Assembly: GCA_963693365.1 (NCBI GenBank)
Contig: CAVNZM010000007.1
Span: forward strand, 7,251,962-7,315,961
Source: Amoebidium appalachense
Lineage: Eukaryota > Protista > Ichthyosporea
Direction: 5' to 3'
Length of the DNA stretch: 64,000 bases
Positions 1 to 35,328 of this stretch are shown here, piece after piece; the first letter of the stretch is position 1, and each line of letters begins with the position of its first letter. Below the pieces are notes generated by a model. That model saw only the letters and a list, made by a program, of their open reading frames with translations, made no database searches and was not told the DNA's origin. Position numbers and translations under genes: made by a program.

Positions 1-36
1 CGCATACATTCTTCAAAGTTTGCGGGTATGAGCAAA

Positions 37-291
37 CACACACCCTCTCTCTCTTTCTCTTCACACACACACACACACACACGCACACATACACACACAC
101 GTTCACACAGGTACGTGCGCGCGCAGACACACACACACACACACACACATTCACACATTCACACACTCACACACTCACACATACACGCACGCATGCAGGC
201 ACGCACACACACATACACGTGCACCCACACACGCGCGCACGCACGCACATACATACGCACACGCACACAAACACACACAATCACGCGCACG

Positions 292-359
<68 letters not shown>
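37..359. repeat. (CA)n / degenerate CA-CG microsatellite
   Basis: Directly visible; forms the 5' flank of the LINE-like element. Confidence 0.95.
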
Positions 360-360
<1 letters not shown>

Positions 361-793
361 CTATGGTTCCATCTCTTGCGTGTTGGTGTAGGTGTGTTGT
401 GTGGTGTAGGTTGAAAAGCTAAGGGAGGGAAGGGTAGCCAGGGTAGGAGAAGCCACTAGGAGAGGAGAGCTCAGGCTCGGCGTGGAAGCATGTGCTTGCG
501 TAAAACCCTTTTCATGGGTGCTGGCATGAGACTGGTTGGATATTTGCTATGATATGGCTGGGAAGTCTGTATAAGGTGTGAAGTTGATGGGTGTGAGGAA
601 GTTGAGGGGTGTGAGGGAACAGTAGGTGTCGTGTGTGGCTGCAGAAGCCTCAGGTATGGATGAGTTGAGGTCTGTGTCGGGTATGTGGTTCAGGGGTTGG
701 AGTAAATCATAGGTTTGTGCATCAGGAGGCCCAGATAGGGCTGCGGCGAGGCCTGTGTAAACTGGTGGTGTCTGGGAGGGATTCGTAGATGGT

Positions 794-3595
794 GTGTGCC
801 CGGAAGATAACACGCGACTCCACCACACAGACACACTGCAAGTGAGTGTCGGGTACCCATCTAAGCCCCCGGAGCGTGCTATCCCTTTAGCAAGGTATGT
901 CCAAAGTCACACTTTGCGGTTCCCTCAAATATCCCATGCCCACAACACCGACTGGGGAGTGGCCTTTTGGCCATCAACCATGTCAAAACTCTCTCTCCCT
1001 CCTAACCTCTCTAGGTCATCTGACCACTCTCCTATCCTTTTCCTACCTAAGATCTCCCTTGATCTGCTCCCCCCTCCCCCTCCCACCTTTCGCCTCCGTC
1101 TATCCCAGCTTAAGTCACAGTGGGGTAGAGTTGATGTATGTGTATGCTATGCTACGAAACACCCTATATATATGCGCCTATTAGAATCTGCACAAGCCAG
1201 GCCAGATTCACATCTCGTACTAGATACATGCACTAACTTTATTGTTGATGATTTGATAGATCTCGGTGATTATGCTGGCGGTGGTAGGAAGGAATATCCC
1301 GATGCTCTCTTGTTACCAAACACCACTCCCGCTAGACTAGGTGAACCCCTGTCTCAAAAGGAAAGCTTGCGCCGGCTTGCTAGTATGAATCGATTTGGCC
1401 CCCCTGCTCGTATTATTGGTGATACCACTGGAGACCCCCTCATAGACTCTGATAAGTATTTCTCGGAACTGTTTAAAGATAGGACCCCCGCTCAGAAACC
1501 TATTGTGTGGCCTGTAGACCCATCTATCCCCATAGAATCGATCCTCCCCTTTTTCAGTCCCGATGCCATATGGTCTGTGATATCTAGTTATAGCTCTAGT
1601 AAGTCTTGTGGACCTGATGGACTCCCTGCTGGGTTTCTTAAAATCCTTGTTCCCTCCTACCCACAAAAGGAAAGTGATCGTGCTATTAAACCTGATCTTA
1701 CTATCATGTTAAGCTCTCTCTTTTCTTGGTGTGTTAAATGTGGACATGTCCCGTCATCTTGGTTAGATACCTTAGTGATCCCCATAGTTAAGAAGGACTC
1801 TGAGGGCCCCATATCATCCTTTCGCCCCATTACACTAACCCAGGTTGTTCGTAGATTCTTTGAAGCTTGCTTACTTAGGTTATTTGCACATCACCCTAGG
1901 TTTCAATCTATTCTTCACATACACCCATGCCAATCCGCTTTTCGTAAAAACAATTCATGTTATGTTCAAATAATGGCACTGCACGATTCTATGCAAGTTG
2001 GTGCACAATATGTTGGCTTTATTGATTGGAAAACTGCTTACGATTCTGTCTCCCCTGGTCTCCTATGGGAAAAGCTTGCTGCACGGGGTGTACCACACTG
2101 CATTGGTGTTCTGTTAGAAGCACTCTTGTCTCAAACCTATGGTAGAGCTGTGGTTAATGGGCATCTTTCATATGGTTTTGCTCGTACTAGAGGTCTCTTG
2201 CAGGGTTCATTGCTTAGCCCCTTTTTGTTTAACCTATTTATAGATGATTTGGCTGTCAAGATTTACGCCGAAAACGATGACCCTATTAATAACTTTCCGC
2301 CTGCACTTCTCTATGCTGATGATCTGTCCCTCCTTGCCCGTACCCCTAGACGCCTGCAAAGATTGTTCGATGTAGTGTCAGAGTGGTGCAAGGCAAACCT
2401 TATGATCCTTAACATAGACAAATGTGGTGTTCTTGTACCTGATATAGCTAACAATTTACACACATTTACATTATCATCTAAACCTGTACCTATAGTTCCA
2501 GAATACAAATATCTTGGTGTTCCGGTTGATTCTGTTGGTGTTATGTTTCCCCATATGGTCGAAAAGAGGGTAGAGTTGGCTCGTAAGCGGTTAGCTTTCT
2601 TCTCGGCTAATATTTTTAAAGACACACCCCTCCATCCTTCTATTAGACTTACATTTATTCGCACTTTTGTCTTCCCGGCATGTGAATATGGTTTACCCCT
2701 TCTCGCCGCTTGGATCAAGAAAGAGAGAACTAGAGCGCTTAAACCCTTGGCAAATTTCCTTGAAGCAGAAGTTGCCTCCTTTCTATCTAACAACTGTTGT
2801 AAACCTGGGCCTGTAACGCTCTCGATATATGGTCTGGTCCCAATAGCTGCTAGAGTATCCTATCTCGCGCTGAAATTCAATAAGCACATAAGCCGCTTAA
2901 AGAAGTATTTGCCCTCCCACCCTCTCTTCTCTATCCGACCTGTCCCCTCCTCACCTCTCCCCTCTTTCCTCCCCTCTCTCTCCCCTTCTCCCCTGGGCAC
3001 AAATACAAATAAACCCCGCAATAGTGTGTGTGTGACTTTGGACTGCCACTTACTTATTAAACATGTACACAATCACAAGATAATCACGCAATATAACAAA
3101 TGGAAAAAGATACCACACGACACTAGACCCGATGAAAGCATACACCTTGAAAAACTAAGCCTTATGTCTCGTTTTATATATACTGACCGCCTCAACCATA
3201 TTGCCAAATATGGCACTCGCAAGTGTATAACACCTAAATACATATTACCTTCCTGTAGAACTGGTCTTTCTCTAGCTGATGGTATTATTGATCAATTACC
3301 ACGCTTTTACTGTACACGTGCTATACAGTGGAGATCTAATAAGTATAAGGTGGCATCATTTGCATGCCCAAACAACACACACACACACCAGTTTAACCGG
3401 TCATGTATCGCCAAATGTAGTTTGATAGACCACATAATACCGCAACACACACACGTCACATTCACAACAGACACCCAGAAAGATAGCCTACCTGTAAATT
3501 ACAACATCCTTGATTTTATACTAAACACGCGTAACTACGACCTGTTTATTAGATGTATTGATTGGCTTGAGAAACACATCACTACAAAATTATAG
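794..3595 (+). mobile_element. Non-LTR (LINE-type) retrotransposon ORF: C-terminal part of APE endonuclease, reverse transcriptase and Cys/His-containing C-terminus; 5' truncated or rearranged
   Basis: 933-aa intronless ORF with SDHSPI (APE C-terminal motif), KSCGPDG, FRPITL, QSAFR, FIDWKTAYDSV, GLLQGSLLSPFLFNLFIDDL, LLYADDL and YKYLGV. The stop codon runs directly into (CA)n, then ~40 bp, then a ~50-nt poly(A). Confidence 0.93.
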
Positions 3596-3599
3596 CGCA

Positions 3600-3666
<67 letters not shown>

Positions 3667-3698
3667 CCAGCTGATACCGAGTGTCCCGAGGGGAGCCC

Positions 3699-3754
<56 letters not shown>

Positions 3755-3757
<3 letters not shown>

Positions 3758-4060
3758 GAACCCCAACTAATTGATTTCTCCTTGTAGTCTTTATGGTGTC
3801 TCGTAGAGAAAGTAAACCCTGATATATAGTCACCACCCGACATCTATGTACGTGATCATGATATACCGCTGAGGGGATATTCCGAGCAAAACCCCCCCCC
3901 CATACCTGAGACTGGTTCTCTTTGCCTCGAGTAAACAGCGTAAACCCCGGAAGATATGGGAACGGAAACCTCTTCGTTGTTGCTGACGTTGGCATGCGAT
4001 ATTGAAGGAGAGTCCGTCAGAGCTAGCCGTTAACATTTGCTAGTGTAGCGAATGCCTCAG
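3755..4060 (-). pseudogene. Degenerate APE-endonuclease-like LINE fragment
   Basis: Fragments in different frames read ATLANVNG, FNIACQ, PYLPGFTLF and YGGGVLLGIS, matching the order of APE N-terminal motifs; broken by stops and frameshifts. Confidence 0.4.
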
Positions 4061-4836
4061 TTAACCTGTGGTGTTTGTGGAACCAACTAAGTAGCTCTTG
4101 TTGGCTGTGTGCGTGTTGGGTAAACGTCCTCCTTCCGGCAGCCGTTCTCCAGGCTTCTCTACTTCCTACAGGCTCCACATATAAGCGACGTTTTTGGGAT
4201 GAACGTGCCCGGGGTAAAGAGAGATGTGGCATCTGTGGTTGCCACTCTTAGGCCAGAGAAGGTTTCACCCCCGTTTGGCCTATGTGAAGGATCAGACCAC
4301 CCATAAGCTTGTTTGAGTTTTTCAAAGCACTCATACAGTAGTGAGCACGACAGATACCCCGTGGCCCAGACGCTCCGACCGATACAGAGCTATCTCCTTG
4401 TAACACGGCTGTGTAACAGGTCTTTCTTGAAAGCTAGTTGGACAACCTCTACGGTGCCTTCTACGCTGTGTGTATGGAAACCGGACCCACTCAGAGAGCA
4501 CAAGACCTCGCTAGCGTCGCCGGAGCCAAGGCTGAGCCTGGGGACTGATTGGTTACTGAGCGAAACAGCTCACGCTCATGATGCATAACATGGGAAACCT
4601 AAGAATACGTCATCTCTCTGGGAGCTTTACTCTCTTAGAAGCCTTTGTTTCTTTTTGGCGTGCCAGCACGTCTCGAACGCCCTTTTTGCTCCAAATTCAC
4701 CCCTCAAAGGATGGTGCACTTTCGACCTAACATAAGCGAAGTCGCTTCAAACGTGATAGTGACAGGAGCCCGCCGTCACCGCTGGCACGTACTGACAGTG
4801 CCTGGGCTGCTTTGAACTTCACGTTCGCCTCTCTAG

Positions 4837-5059
4837 TTTTCCTTACACTCTCGCGACCGCGTGCATGCTTTCTCTCGCGGCGGCTCTACGGTCCCGAGAG
4901 TCCAGTGTTCGCTGTGTGTGTAAGGAAAAATACGAGTCACCTCAGTTCTATTTTTCCTTACACTCTCGCGACCGCGTGCATGCTTTCTCTCGCGGCGGCT
5001 CTACGGTCCCGAGAGTCCAGTGTTCGCTGTGTGTAAGGAAAAATACGAGTCACCTCAGT
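4837..5059. repeat. Tandem duplication of a ~115-bp unit, each unit an inverted-repeat hairpin
   Basis: CCTTACAC recurs at 4841 and 4956. TATTTTTCCTTACAC pairs with GTGTAAGGAAAAATA; inner arms are ACTCTCGCGACCG and CGGTCCCGAGAGT. Confidence 0.9.
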
Positions 5060-5794
5060 AGGTGACAGCCGTCACCGCTACTGCAGATGATTCGGGTGAA
5101 AAATGTCGCCACGTCTGACCAAAACTAGCAACTCGCACATAGTAAAAGCTTCTTGCAACGATGCACCAAGGCACTTAAACCGCTTATTTTTCATTAAAAA
5201 AGGCGGTCCCGCAAAGAAATTGGGTTTTTAACGTCCTCTTGGAAAAAAAAACCGAAGGAAAACGAGCGCCGGCGGCGCAAACGGCTGGCTAAGCCGGCCC
5301 TTGGGGTATCTTTTCAGCGGCCAAACTTATCGGGGTAATCGAAGTAGCCATAAATGGGTCGCTACCTGCCAAATAAGGCGCGTTTTGATTTGGCGAATTA
5401 CCATTGGATACAGCCGTCCACTATGCTCATGGACAGTTGAGCTCGCTCCATGGCCACTCGTTTTTGATGCTTTGTTCGAAAACTGACATGATGGCAACAC
5501 AATAGTGAGCAAGTGCACTGTCAGACACACGTGCACAACAAAGACGGTGATAGATGTTGGAAATGGATGACGTTCAACTGCTTGGAGCCGAATACAGGGC
5601 ACGGCTCACGGCTGCGAAGGTAATCTGGCTGTGAGGGTCACCCTACGCTTGGTACTGTAGTGTATGTGTAGTATTTGTGTGTGCACGCGTGCCTGCGTGT
5701 ACGTGCCTGTGTGTGTGTGTGTGCGTGTGTGCGTGTGTGCGTGTGTGCGTGTGTGCGTGGGCGTGGGCGTGTGCGTGCGTGCGTGCGTGCGTGC

Positions 5795-5860
<66 letters not shown>

Positions 5861-6586
5861 ATGTCTGTGTGTCTGTGTGCATCTCGTGTGTGCAAGCTTG
5901 TATAGGTGTTGTTTTGGAGAGCGTGCTTGTGCAACTGCACTTGCACGTGTGCTGATGTTCATGTGTGCGTGTAGGTATGGAGGTATGTGTCTGTGTGTCT
6001 CGTGTGTGCGAGCGTGCATGGGTGTTGTTTTGGGGGCGTGCTTGTGCAACTTCGCATGCACGGATGCTTGTTCTGTGTTTGTTATGTAGGTGTAGGTATG
6101 TGGGTGTGGGTGTGCCTGTGCCTGTGCCTGTGCGACACTTGCAGTGCGTGGGTGTGTGCGGCTACCTGCTTTGCATACGGATATGCTGGTGTGTGAGCGT
6201 CGTACGTTTATGCTTTTGTGCATGTGTGATAGTGTGAATGAATGTGTGTTTTTGTGCGTGTGTTTGTGTGTGCGTGCGCGTTGTGTGTGTGTGTGTGGGT
6301 GGGTGGGTGGGTGGGTGTTTGTGTGTGTACGCGCACACGCTGTGTTTGTGTCTGTGTGTGTATGTGTGTGTGTGTTTGTGTTTGTGTGTGTGTGTGCGTG
6401 TGTGTGCGTGTTTATGCGTGTGTTTGTGTGTGCGTTGTGTTTATGTGTGTATATGTGAGGGTGCATATGGGCTTGTGCGTATGTAAGCGCGCGTATAGAG
6501 CGTGTGTTTTTGTGTGTGTGAAGGTGTGTGTGTGTGTGCTTTTGCGCACACACATATATGTGCCATATTGGTGTGTGTCTGCTACG

Positions 6587-6627
<41 letters not shown>

Positions 6628-6736
6628 GACTTGCGCGCGAGTCATTTTTTTTTGTTGTTGTTGTTGTTGTTATGTGTGTTTTTATGTGTTTTTGTGTTAT
6701 GTGTGCCTGCTATTTCAAGTTGCTGATATACACATC

Positions 6737-21318
<14,582 letters not shown>

Positions 21319-21450
21319 ATGAATGGGGTTTATTGGGTGATGATGTTTATGTTCATGAAGGACGTTTAGGGATTTTGTGGATGTTTCGGTGTGGAGGGAG
21401 AGGGGGGGGGGGGGGTCTTTTCCTGTAGTTAATATTTTGTGTGTGAGTGT

Positions 21451-21510
<60 letters not shown>

Positions 21511-21526
21511 CAGAGAGAGAGAGAGT

Positions 21527-21557
<31 letters not shown>

Positions 21558-21927
21558 GGGGGGGGTCATGTATGGTGGGAAAAACAACTTTGAAGAGTTT
21601 TGTTCGAGGGGGTTCATGCTTGGCAAACACAACTCCTGTGAGTTGGTGCTGCAAAAAGACACGAACCCTGGTGGGAGCTGGTGAAATTTTAATTCCGGGG
21701 GGTTAAATCTTAGGAACTGGTTTTGTGAATATATCATCAATAAATTTTCTTGTTGCAATGATACACTCGAGTTCTATCCATGTACATACGGATTTGTTTG
21801 TTTTGTATCACTTCTTGAGATTTTTGCTGTTAGTTCTCTTTTAACGGGCCACTGATGGGGAATGAATGACAGGCTCTCAAGGTTAATAATAATAAACCGA
21901 ACATGAAAGCTTAGCCCCGCACACATA

Positions 21928-21961
<34 letters not shown>

Positions 21962-22788
21962 GGGGGAACCAACCCCCCATCCCCTCCCGCCCTCCCCCCA
22001 TTTCCCCAAGAGCCTCTTTTTATAAAAAAGTAATATCCCTGTCCCTCCCCCCTCCCCCCCCCCCCCCCCCCCCCAAAGTACCCCTCCCTCCCCCCCCCCC
22101 CCCCTTCCCCCCCCAACTCGCACACCTTGATGTTCGCCCACTAGTACTACTTAGTATACTACCCTTTTTGGCCTGGACTCACGGGCACAGTACGCATGTA
22201 CGTGACCTGGGTCCCGTGTGCCTGTGTGTGTGTGCGTGTTCGTGTGCATATGATGAGCAGTTCGAAGATCTGCGCCCGCGCGCGTGTCTGTGTTAACACG
22301 TGTGTGTGTGTGTGTGTGTGTGTTGTGTGTGTGTCAAGCTACCCGCAGGAAGCAGCCACGCACAACACCTAGAGCCAAAAACCCCCCCCACCCACACCCA
22401 CACCCTACCAGCCTGCCCCAATTGCAGATACACCCACCGCAAACAGAATGCAACCCCCACCACACATACCGACACACAGCAGCCACCACCACCCTATACG
22501 ACATGGGGAACCACATACACCCCCACCACTCTTAACCCCACAGCACCACCACACCACGTTTAACCCCCGTCAGCAGACATATGAAATTTCGGATACGGAC
22601 CCCCTCCCCATAACTAAACCACAACTATCTAGAACCAAACCCCCCTGTATCTCTTGTAAATAGTATAGCCCGATCGTTCTGCCATGTCTGTCTGACGGGC
22701 TCAGTCTAGACCGTAGGTATATAGGTCCCATGGGGCTGGTACCCACCACTAGACGGCGGTACTGAATAAGACCTTAAATAAAAAGGTT

Positions 22789-22851
<63 letters not shown>

Positions 22852-22874
22852 CCGGGCTCGGGACGACTGGAGGT

Positions 22875-22908
<34 letters not shown>

Positions 22909-23262
22909 CGCTGCATGTGTGACTGGAGACGGTAGAAATATGTGCCAAAGTGTATGGTGATTGGTTACTTTTATAACTAGCTTTATTTGGTACCTAAATA
23001 GATTTTTTGACAAAAGAATGTGCAAAAAAACAATGTGATTGGCTTTTACCTCTGCGCATAGAAAAGCCGCGTTCAAGCTTGAAGTTGGTAAATAAACCCA
23101 AAAACACTTCCATGGCCAAAGCAAGTAGCTCACACTACTGTGCCTTTCAAAGTCGCTCCGGCGTGAGCTCAGTTCAATTCCACCGTGGCCGTAGAAATCT
23201 TCAGTCAACCCCAGGCCCTTCAGACTTCTGGGCAACCGGAAGGAACGCGTAGGGCTTTGATC

Positions 23263-30755
<7,493 letters not shown>

Positions 30756-30815
30756 TATGTGAGGAAACGGAAAGAAACGACCCAACAGCAAACAGTCACA
30801 TCCCCTCCCCCTTCC

Positions 30816-30846
<31 letters not shown>

Positions 30847-31196
30847 AAAAAAAAAAGGTAAAGCTAGAAAATAGAAATAAGATAAAAGTGACAATAACAG
30901 TAATAGCAACAATACTAATTGACTTAACGTTATGTTAACATATAGTAATACTGATACTATGTAGTAGTAGTATTACTAGTTGTGGTAGTAATAATAGTGA
31001 TAGTAAGGAAGCAATTACAGAACACGGCCAAAAATGGAAGACATACTAAAGAACATGTCCTAGAGAACAGGTTCTGAATATATTAGATATGTATGCTAGA
31101 GAACACTTCCATATTCTAAAAGTTATGTTAGAAAACACGTCCAAAAATAAACATTATGTTATGCTAGAAAACACGTCCAAAACACATCGTAATATG

Positions 31197-31276
<80 letters not shown>

Positions 31277-31563
31277 CACGACACTGATATTATGTAACAG
31301 AATGAAAGCAGCAGATTAGAACCCCCTTGCTCTACTGTAGACCTTGCCCTACCTGAATCAAAAATAATACCAGATTTTGTCCTTAGTTGCCAATTGCCGT
31401 GGGGTCTTATGAGCAGACGCCAGAATAAGCCCCCCCCCCCCTGTTGCAGGAAAATCACGTGTCCAGGAAATTCGTACTCCCCCTAAACCCCCCGTTCAGG
31501 AAAATCACGTAACCCGCCTATATGTTGGATACGTGATTTTCCTGGACCCCCCCCCCCGTCCCC

Positions 31564-31617
<54 letters not shown>

Positions 31618-31889
31618 GGATATGTTGATAGTTGAATAATTAGTTTGAGTTCACTTACTTAATTTTTTTTCATCAATTTTCGATCACATTGCCATAGCTA
31701 TTCACGAAGGGGTGTGTGTATGAGTGAACATATGCGATACATATGTGGTGCTGGGCACCAGGAAAGAAATCTTATTGGGTTGAGGGAGCGGCCAATAAAC
31801 GTGCAATGATCCCATCGATCATCCCGTCACCAAAGCATGTTTCATGAATCGTCAACTGTGTCTGCACTGTTTTTTGTCTGTGTGTGTTT

Positions 31890-31925
<36 letters not shown>

Positions 31926-32336
31926 GGATCATGTGATTGTTATTATATGTGTGACAAAACTGTGTGTATGAGGGGGGGGGGGGGGGGGGGGGGGGGGCTG
32001 AATAGAAACCACGGTAATCACTCATACATTAAGAGTGCAGATATCCAGATGGATTAATATATATAGCAATTTCAAGAGAGCAGTGAGCCAATCGTGAATG
32101 TTCACGAATCAGTTCGTGGATAACTGGGACTGTTTAAGCTCTATGACTTTTCAACATCACTGACTTACGGAACACACATTGTGCAAGGAACCACTTTATG
32201 ATCCACGTCGCCCGTCTTCAATTTGAAACACGTTCATCCAGGAACGTGGGCCAGATTAGCATTCCCATTACAGATATAGTGCATGTGTTGGACTCGTTTC
32301 GGTTTTCAAAAAGTCAGCATTTATAAAGCATGTTTT

Positions 32337-32452
<116 letters not shown>

Positions 32453-33007
32453 ACGGTGGAGTGTGGAGTGATACCACCGATTGTATTGGATGATGACCTG
32501 ATCAAAAAGCTTGCCAGGTTCTGTGTAACCGGAAAGGATTGATCGAGCGACGGGTCAGCAGCCAACGCGGTCTCCAGCAACCCACGTATAGTGCGGTGCA
32601 GACGCTCGATCTCACCATGCCTCTGGGGACTGAATGCTTTGAGATTCATGATAGTGATGCACCGCTGCGTATACCATGCCCTGAACTCGTTCGATACAAA
32701 GCTGCCGCCGTTGTCGAGCCACAGTTCAATGATATCGGTGTCCATCAAAATTCGCTCCAGTAATCGGATAACTTCCTCTGTGGTTTCCGCTTTCACCGGT
32801 ATCCCCCACCCATACTTGCTGTGATGGTCAATGCCCAAAAGCATGCGCCGTATACGCGTTGTAGGGTCTTCTGGACACCCACTGAAATCCAGGAGAACCT
32901 GCCAGGGTCCGAATTTAATGTCAGCGTGCCATTTCCATCAAACTTTTAATAGGCGAAAGGTCTATCGTAATGGGCAAACGGTCTCCAAACATCCACCTTT
33001 CCTTTTT

Positions 33008-33052
<45 letters not shown>

Positions 33053-33350
33053 TTCCCCTCCCTCCCACCCCAGCTTTCACCTTCCCACACATCCAACTTA
33101 CGATTAGTCCTGGCCTGTCGGCAGTAACAACCGTCCGTGGTTGGGGCTGCGCAGGGATGGTTTTCCGTATCAGGCATGCAGCACAGTTCCGGATTATTTT
33201 ATCCATCAGTGCACGAACATTCCCCATAACAAGTTGAGTACGGTGCATTGAAGGCAGCCATCGCAGAATCCCGGCCTAAGTGCCCCAGGCCGTCTGAGTC
33301 AGACGTGTGGGCGGCAAAGAGCTTTGAAGCGACTCATTGGCCCTCAGAAC
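32453..33350 (-). pseudogene. Integrase-type transposase, intron-interrupted and frameshifted
   Basis: AHTSDSDGLGHLGRDS...IIRNCAAC (HHCC), WHADIKF, LLGIDHHSKYGWGIPV, LWLDNGGSF, SPQRHGEIERLHRTI, GGITP; GTAAGT donor near 33100 followed by a G-tract. Confidence 0.85.
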
Positions 33351-33453
33351 TCGTGTGGATAGCGCTGTTTCGCCAGTACCCTCCCTGAAAAACATACATT
33401 ATAAATTGGTTAAAAGATATTCTACTTAACAACAACCCCTCCCCCCCCCCCCC

Positions 33454-33543
33454 GTTTCCGCGGAAACAGTGACGCAATTATGACGTCAACGATCTACTGT
33501 TTCCGCGGAAACAGTGACGCATTTATGACGTCATCGATCTACT
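33454..33543. repeat. Tandem ~45-bp duplication containing palindromes GTTTCCGCGGAAAC and TGACGTCA, upstream of the integrase
   Basis: Directly visible; two copies. Confidence 0.85.
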
Positions 33544-33953
33544 CCCTTATTTTTTTTTCTGAAATCAAATTCGAACCATTCCAACACTGCCCCAAATAAC
33601 CGATTTAATCCATTCTCAAATTGAAAAAAAATAATAATTGTGCATGCTTGCAGTCAAACTTGATCCAATCGATAATATAATATTCGAATAGACATACATT
33701 CCTTATTTGCCATCACTGATAATTAAATATAAGGCATTACTGTAATGTAATCTTTGCCATAATAGTGGACAGCCACCTCTCCAATAGATGACCGGTGTTA
33801 CAGTCAAATGTAACATTCCGCACCTTGCGCGAGGGTGAGACGTATTCTTTTAACCACTGGACGCTGTAGATGTGATCGCCAGTGACATAGGTGTCAAATT
33901 CCCGACAATATTCCCCATCACGAACGGCACTGACAAGCTGTACATATCGGCTG

Positions 33954-34005
<52 letters not shown>

Positions 34006-34070
34006 TCTGTGTCTGTGTGTGTACAGCCCGCGAAGAGGTCCCTTAATGTTAGTAATCTCATCATGTTCCA

Positions 34071-34108
<38 letters not shown>

Positions 34109-34227
34109 CTGCCCCCTTCCCTTATCCCTTCCCCATGTCACAGCCAGAACGTAAACGCGGAGGTACCCCTAGCGTGATTATAGAAGTCATTCACCCCTAC
34201 ATTAATCCTCAGCACACAGTCCTTTTC

Positions 34228-34260
<33 letters not shown>

Positions 34261-34288
34261 TTCTTCTATGTGCAGGCAAATGCACATG

Positions 34289-34405
<117 letters not shown>

Positions 34406-35328
34406 GAGGAGGGGGGGGGGGGGGTTCCAGGAAAATCACGTATCCAACATATAGGCGGGTTACGTGATTTTCCTGAACGGGGGGTTTAGGGGGAGTACGA
34501 ATTTCCTGGACACGTGATTTTCCTGCAACCCCCCCCCCCCCCCCCCCCCCCCCCGGGGGCCGCCCTTTAATCAGCCAAAGAAAATTTGAAAAATCAAACA
34601 TTCAACCTCCCTCACTCCCCCCACTCCCCCTCACCCTCCCCCCCTCCTCCCGTTCCTGGAAGGGTTTCTCAAAGGCGGACGGTTCAAAGGGCCCAACCAC
34701 AGACACACAGCACGACTATCCTGCTCAAAACAAAGTAATTGTGATTTAGCAGAGCGTCCTTGCTTTTTGCAGAATAATATTGCTTTATCTAAAGAGTTTT
34801 GCAGTGTGCCCAGGCTGCACGTGGTTCCTGCGTGCAGTGTTTATCAATATCTGTACTACTGCTCACGATAGCCTATATGTGCAACCAAATCACAGTTCGA
34901 GACCGTGTCGCATGCGCATGCCCGTGCAGCCCCGTGTGCTTATGGTGGACATAAAGTGGGGGTGTGTTTGTGTGTGCACTTGTGTATGTATGTGGGTGGG
35001 TGGGGCCGAGAGGGGGTGGGTGTGTGTGTTGGGAGGAGGGGCGTCTCCAGCTGGGTCACGGGTGTTACTGCCAAATCAGTGATTGCGCAAACCACCGTGG
35101 CTCATGAGCCAAACCTCGGGTGACACCTAGCCGAAGTCATGAAATCATTCGAACAGCATCATGCATCATAAAACTGATCATAAAACCAGAGTAGACTAAG
35201 ACACCACACAAACAAACACTGTTGAAACAGAGCCACAACCATTGGATCAGCGGATGCCCATTCTTTCCGCTCTTCGACGCCACCTCACCAACCTTTCCGT
35301 CCCTCCCCCCCCACGTGCACGCACCACC

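Noticed and set aside
22562-22700. Short imperfect inverted repeat CCCGTCAG(A)CAGACAT after TTAA (similar weak pair at 13620/13997)
   Set aside because: Possibly old MITEs, but no matching TSD or second copy in the window.
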